Source: Sphyrna mokarran (Eukaryota). Taken from it: a stretch of DNA of 64,000 bases. The DNA lies in assembly GCA_024679065.1 (NCBI GenBank), contig JAGIQG010000003.1, positions 28,334,001-28,398,000 on the forward strand. The letters run 5' to 3'. Under the pieces are notes generated by a model that worked only from the letters and a program-made list of their open reading frames with translations, searched no databases and had not been told where the DNA came from. Each line of letters opens with the position of its first letter. Position 1 is the stretch's first letter. Positions 61,700 through 64,000 of this stretch are shown here, piece after piece. The position numbers and the translations under genes are program-made.

Positions 61700-63950
61700 T
61701 ATAACCCGCCCCATCATTCAGTGCAATCATGGCTGATTTTCTACTTCAACACTATTTTCCTGTATTATCCCCATTTCCCTCAATGTTTTTAATATTTCAA
61801 AATCTCTCAATCTCAGTCTTGAACATACTCAATGACTGGATCTCCGCAGGCTTGGGCAACAGAGAATTTCAAAGGTTCATCACCCTCTGAGTGAAGAATT
61901 CCTCCTCATCTCAGCTTTAAATAGCCTGCCCCTTATTCTGAGATGATGCTGTCTAGTTCTAGAACCCCCACCAAGAGGAAACATCCTTCCTCCATCCATC
62001 TTGTCAAGCCCTGTAAGAATTTTGTATGTTTGAATGAGATCACTTCTTATTCTTCTAGATTCAAGACAATAAAGCCACAGTCTATTTAATCTTCCATTAT
62101 AGGATAATCCCTCCATCCCAGGAATTAAGTTAGTGAACCTTCATTTCTCTTTTGGCAAAAATATCTTAAGGAGATCAAAATTGTGTGTGATATTCCAGGT
62201 GTGCTCTCTCCAAGGCATTGCTGTAAGATATCTTTACTCCTATACTTAAATTCTCTTGTAAAAAAGCCGACTATCCATTTACTTCCTTAATTGCTTGATG
62301 TACCTACATGTTAGCTTTCAGTGACACATGAACAGGGACACCATTTAAAGTTCAACACTTCCCAGCCTTTTACCATTCACTATTTATATTTTTGTTTTTC
62401 CTACCAAAATGGATAACCTCGTATTTCTCCACATTGTATACCATTTGACAAATCTTTGACCACTTGCTTAGTCTCTCCAGAACACCTTGAATCATTTTTG
62501 CATTATTCTCACAAATCACTATTTGACCTAGTTTTGTGTCATCTGCAAATTTGGAAATATCACATTTAACTCTCATATGCAAATGATCAATACCAGTTGT
62601 GAACATCTGGGACCCAAGTACTGATCCTTATATTACCTCATTAGTCACAGCCAACCTGAAAATAACCTATCTATTCATAGCCTCTGTTTTCTATCCATTC
62701 ATCAGTTCTCAATCATGTCAGTATATTTACCCCAATACCACATGTTTTAATTTTGTTTACTAACCTCTTGTGTGGGACCTTATCAGAAACTTTCCAAAAA
62801 TCTAAATATACCATATCCATTTGTTCCCCCTTATCTCTTCTGCTAGTTACATCTGCAAAAATTTCAGCAGTTTGTTAAAACATAATTTTCCTTTCATAAA
62901 TCCACTCTGACTCTGCAAATTTTTTAGGTGTTGTGTTATCACATGCTTTATAATAGATTCTAACATTATTCCCACCATACTTGCCAGGCTAGCAGAGTTT
63001 GCTGTTTTCTCTTTTTATCCTTTCTTAAATCCTGGGATTTCATTTGCCACTTTCCAATCTGCAGGAACCATTCCAGAATTGATAGAATTTTGAAAGATGA
63101 CCATCAGTTATCTCTGCAGGCACCTCTTTCAACACTCAAGCACTGGGGCAACTCCTCAACGCGTAAGGGGAATTCCCTCAGTGGAGCTCCCAAGAGGTCT
63201 TGCCACTGGCAGTGTCCCCAAAGATGCCACCACAGCAGTGCCCAGGCATTTGTGGGCATGTCTTTCTCCTGCCAGGGGTTATACTTATCTGTGTGCCCTC
63301 AACGGCTTTCCCTTGACTGCTCTACGTATGTGAAATGCAATTGTAAACCTCACCAATGTGATATCACATTGCTGAGAGAGAGTTCCAAAGGTGGGAGATG
63401 AAATGGCGAGAAAGGCTGCTAATCATTAAAATGTTTAGAGCTGGCATTACATCATTACATCGCCAGTGAGGGGAGGAGAAAATCAGAAACTGAGATCTCA
63501 CTGGCAGGATTCTTATTTTCTGATTTGCAATATTTTGAATCCATGTCACTATTTGCACTTGCAGAGAATGTGGGTACAAAATCATGGCAAAAATATTAGT
63601 TTAGTTTCTCTGGCATTTAATTATTTCCCTTGTAAGTTCTGCTGACTCCACTTGTAATGGATCCACATTTGTTTTTGCTAATTTTTTAAACATATCTATA
63701 GAAGTTTTTACAGACAATTTTATATTTCTCACCAGCTTACTGTCATATACTTTTCCTTTCTCAAGCATTTTCTTGATCTTTCCTTGCAGAATTCTGAAAT
63801 ACTCTCAATCATTATGCTTAACATTTTTTTGACAATTTTATATGCCTCTTCCTTTGATCTAATGCAATCCTTGATTTCTTTCATTAGCCACAATTAGAAC
63901 ACATTCTTTGATGTGTTTTTTGTGTATTAGAGGAATATATTTTTGTTGTA
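61700..63950 (-). mobile_element. CR1 LINE, decayed, with an unrelated insert at about 63140-63588
   Basis: ORF 62370-62606 ISKFADDTKLG...LERLSKWSKICQMVYNVEKYEVIHFGRKN and ORF 61880-62116 LSYNGRLNRL.LYCLESRRIRSDLIQTYKIL are CR1 ORF2. Confidence 0.9.
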
Positions 63951-64000
63951 AACTATGGCAGAAATTTTCCAATCTCACCTGTGACTGGGATTCTCCAGTT

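Overview
Eukaryotic vertebrate DNA, most likely from a shark. The species inference rests on HE1/V-SINE, Deu-SINE, CR1, L2, Rex/Babar and Penelope-type repeats. The window holds one real protein-coding gene, intronless sox2 (35831-36763, +), with a recognisable promoter, 5' end and 3' UTR. Around it lies its regulatory landscape: an N2/SRR1-like enhancer, an SRR2-like element, candidate N1/N3/hindbrain-type elements and a likely Sox2-OT first exon. The core (~24-59.5 kb) is CpG-retaining and almost free of transposons; the flanks are full of decayed retroelements. Highlights: (1) short Penelope-derived insertions whose fold-back arms match within an insertion but differ between insertions, carrying minimal hammerhead-ribozyme-like motifs with a shared non-canonical core; (2) an SRR2 homolog that keeps the octamer but lacks the Sox half of the mammalian Oct-Sox composite site. 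Enhancer names come from position, motif content and recalled mammalian or chick sequence, not from an alignment.
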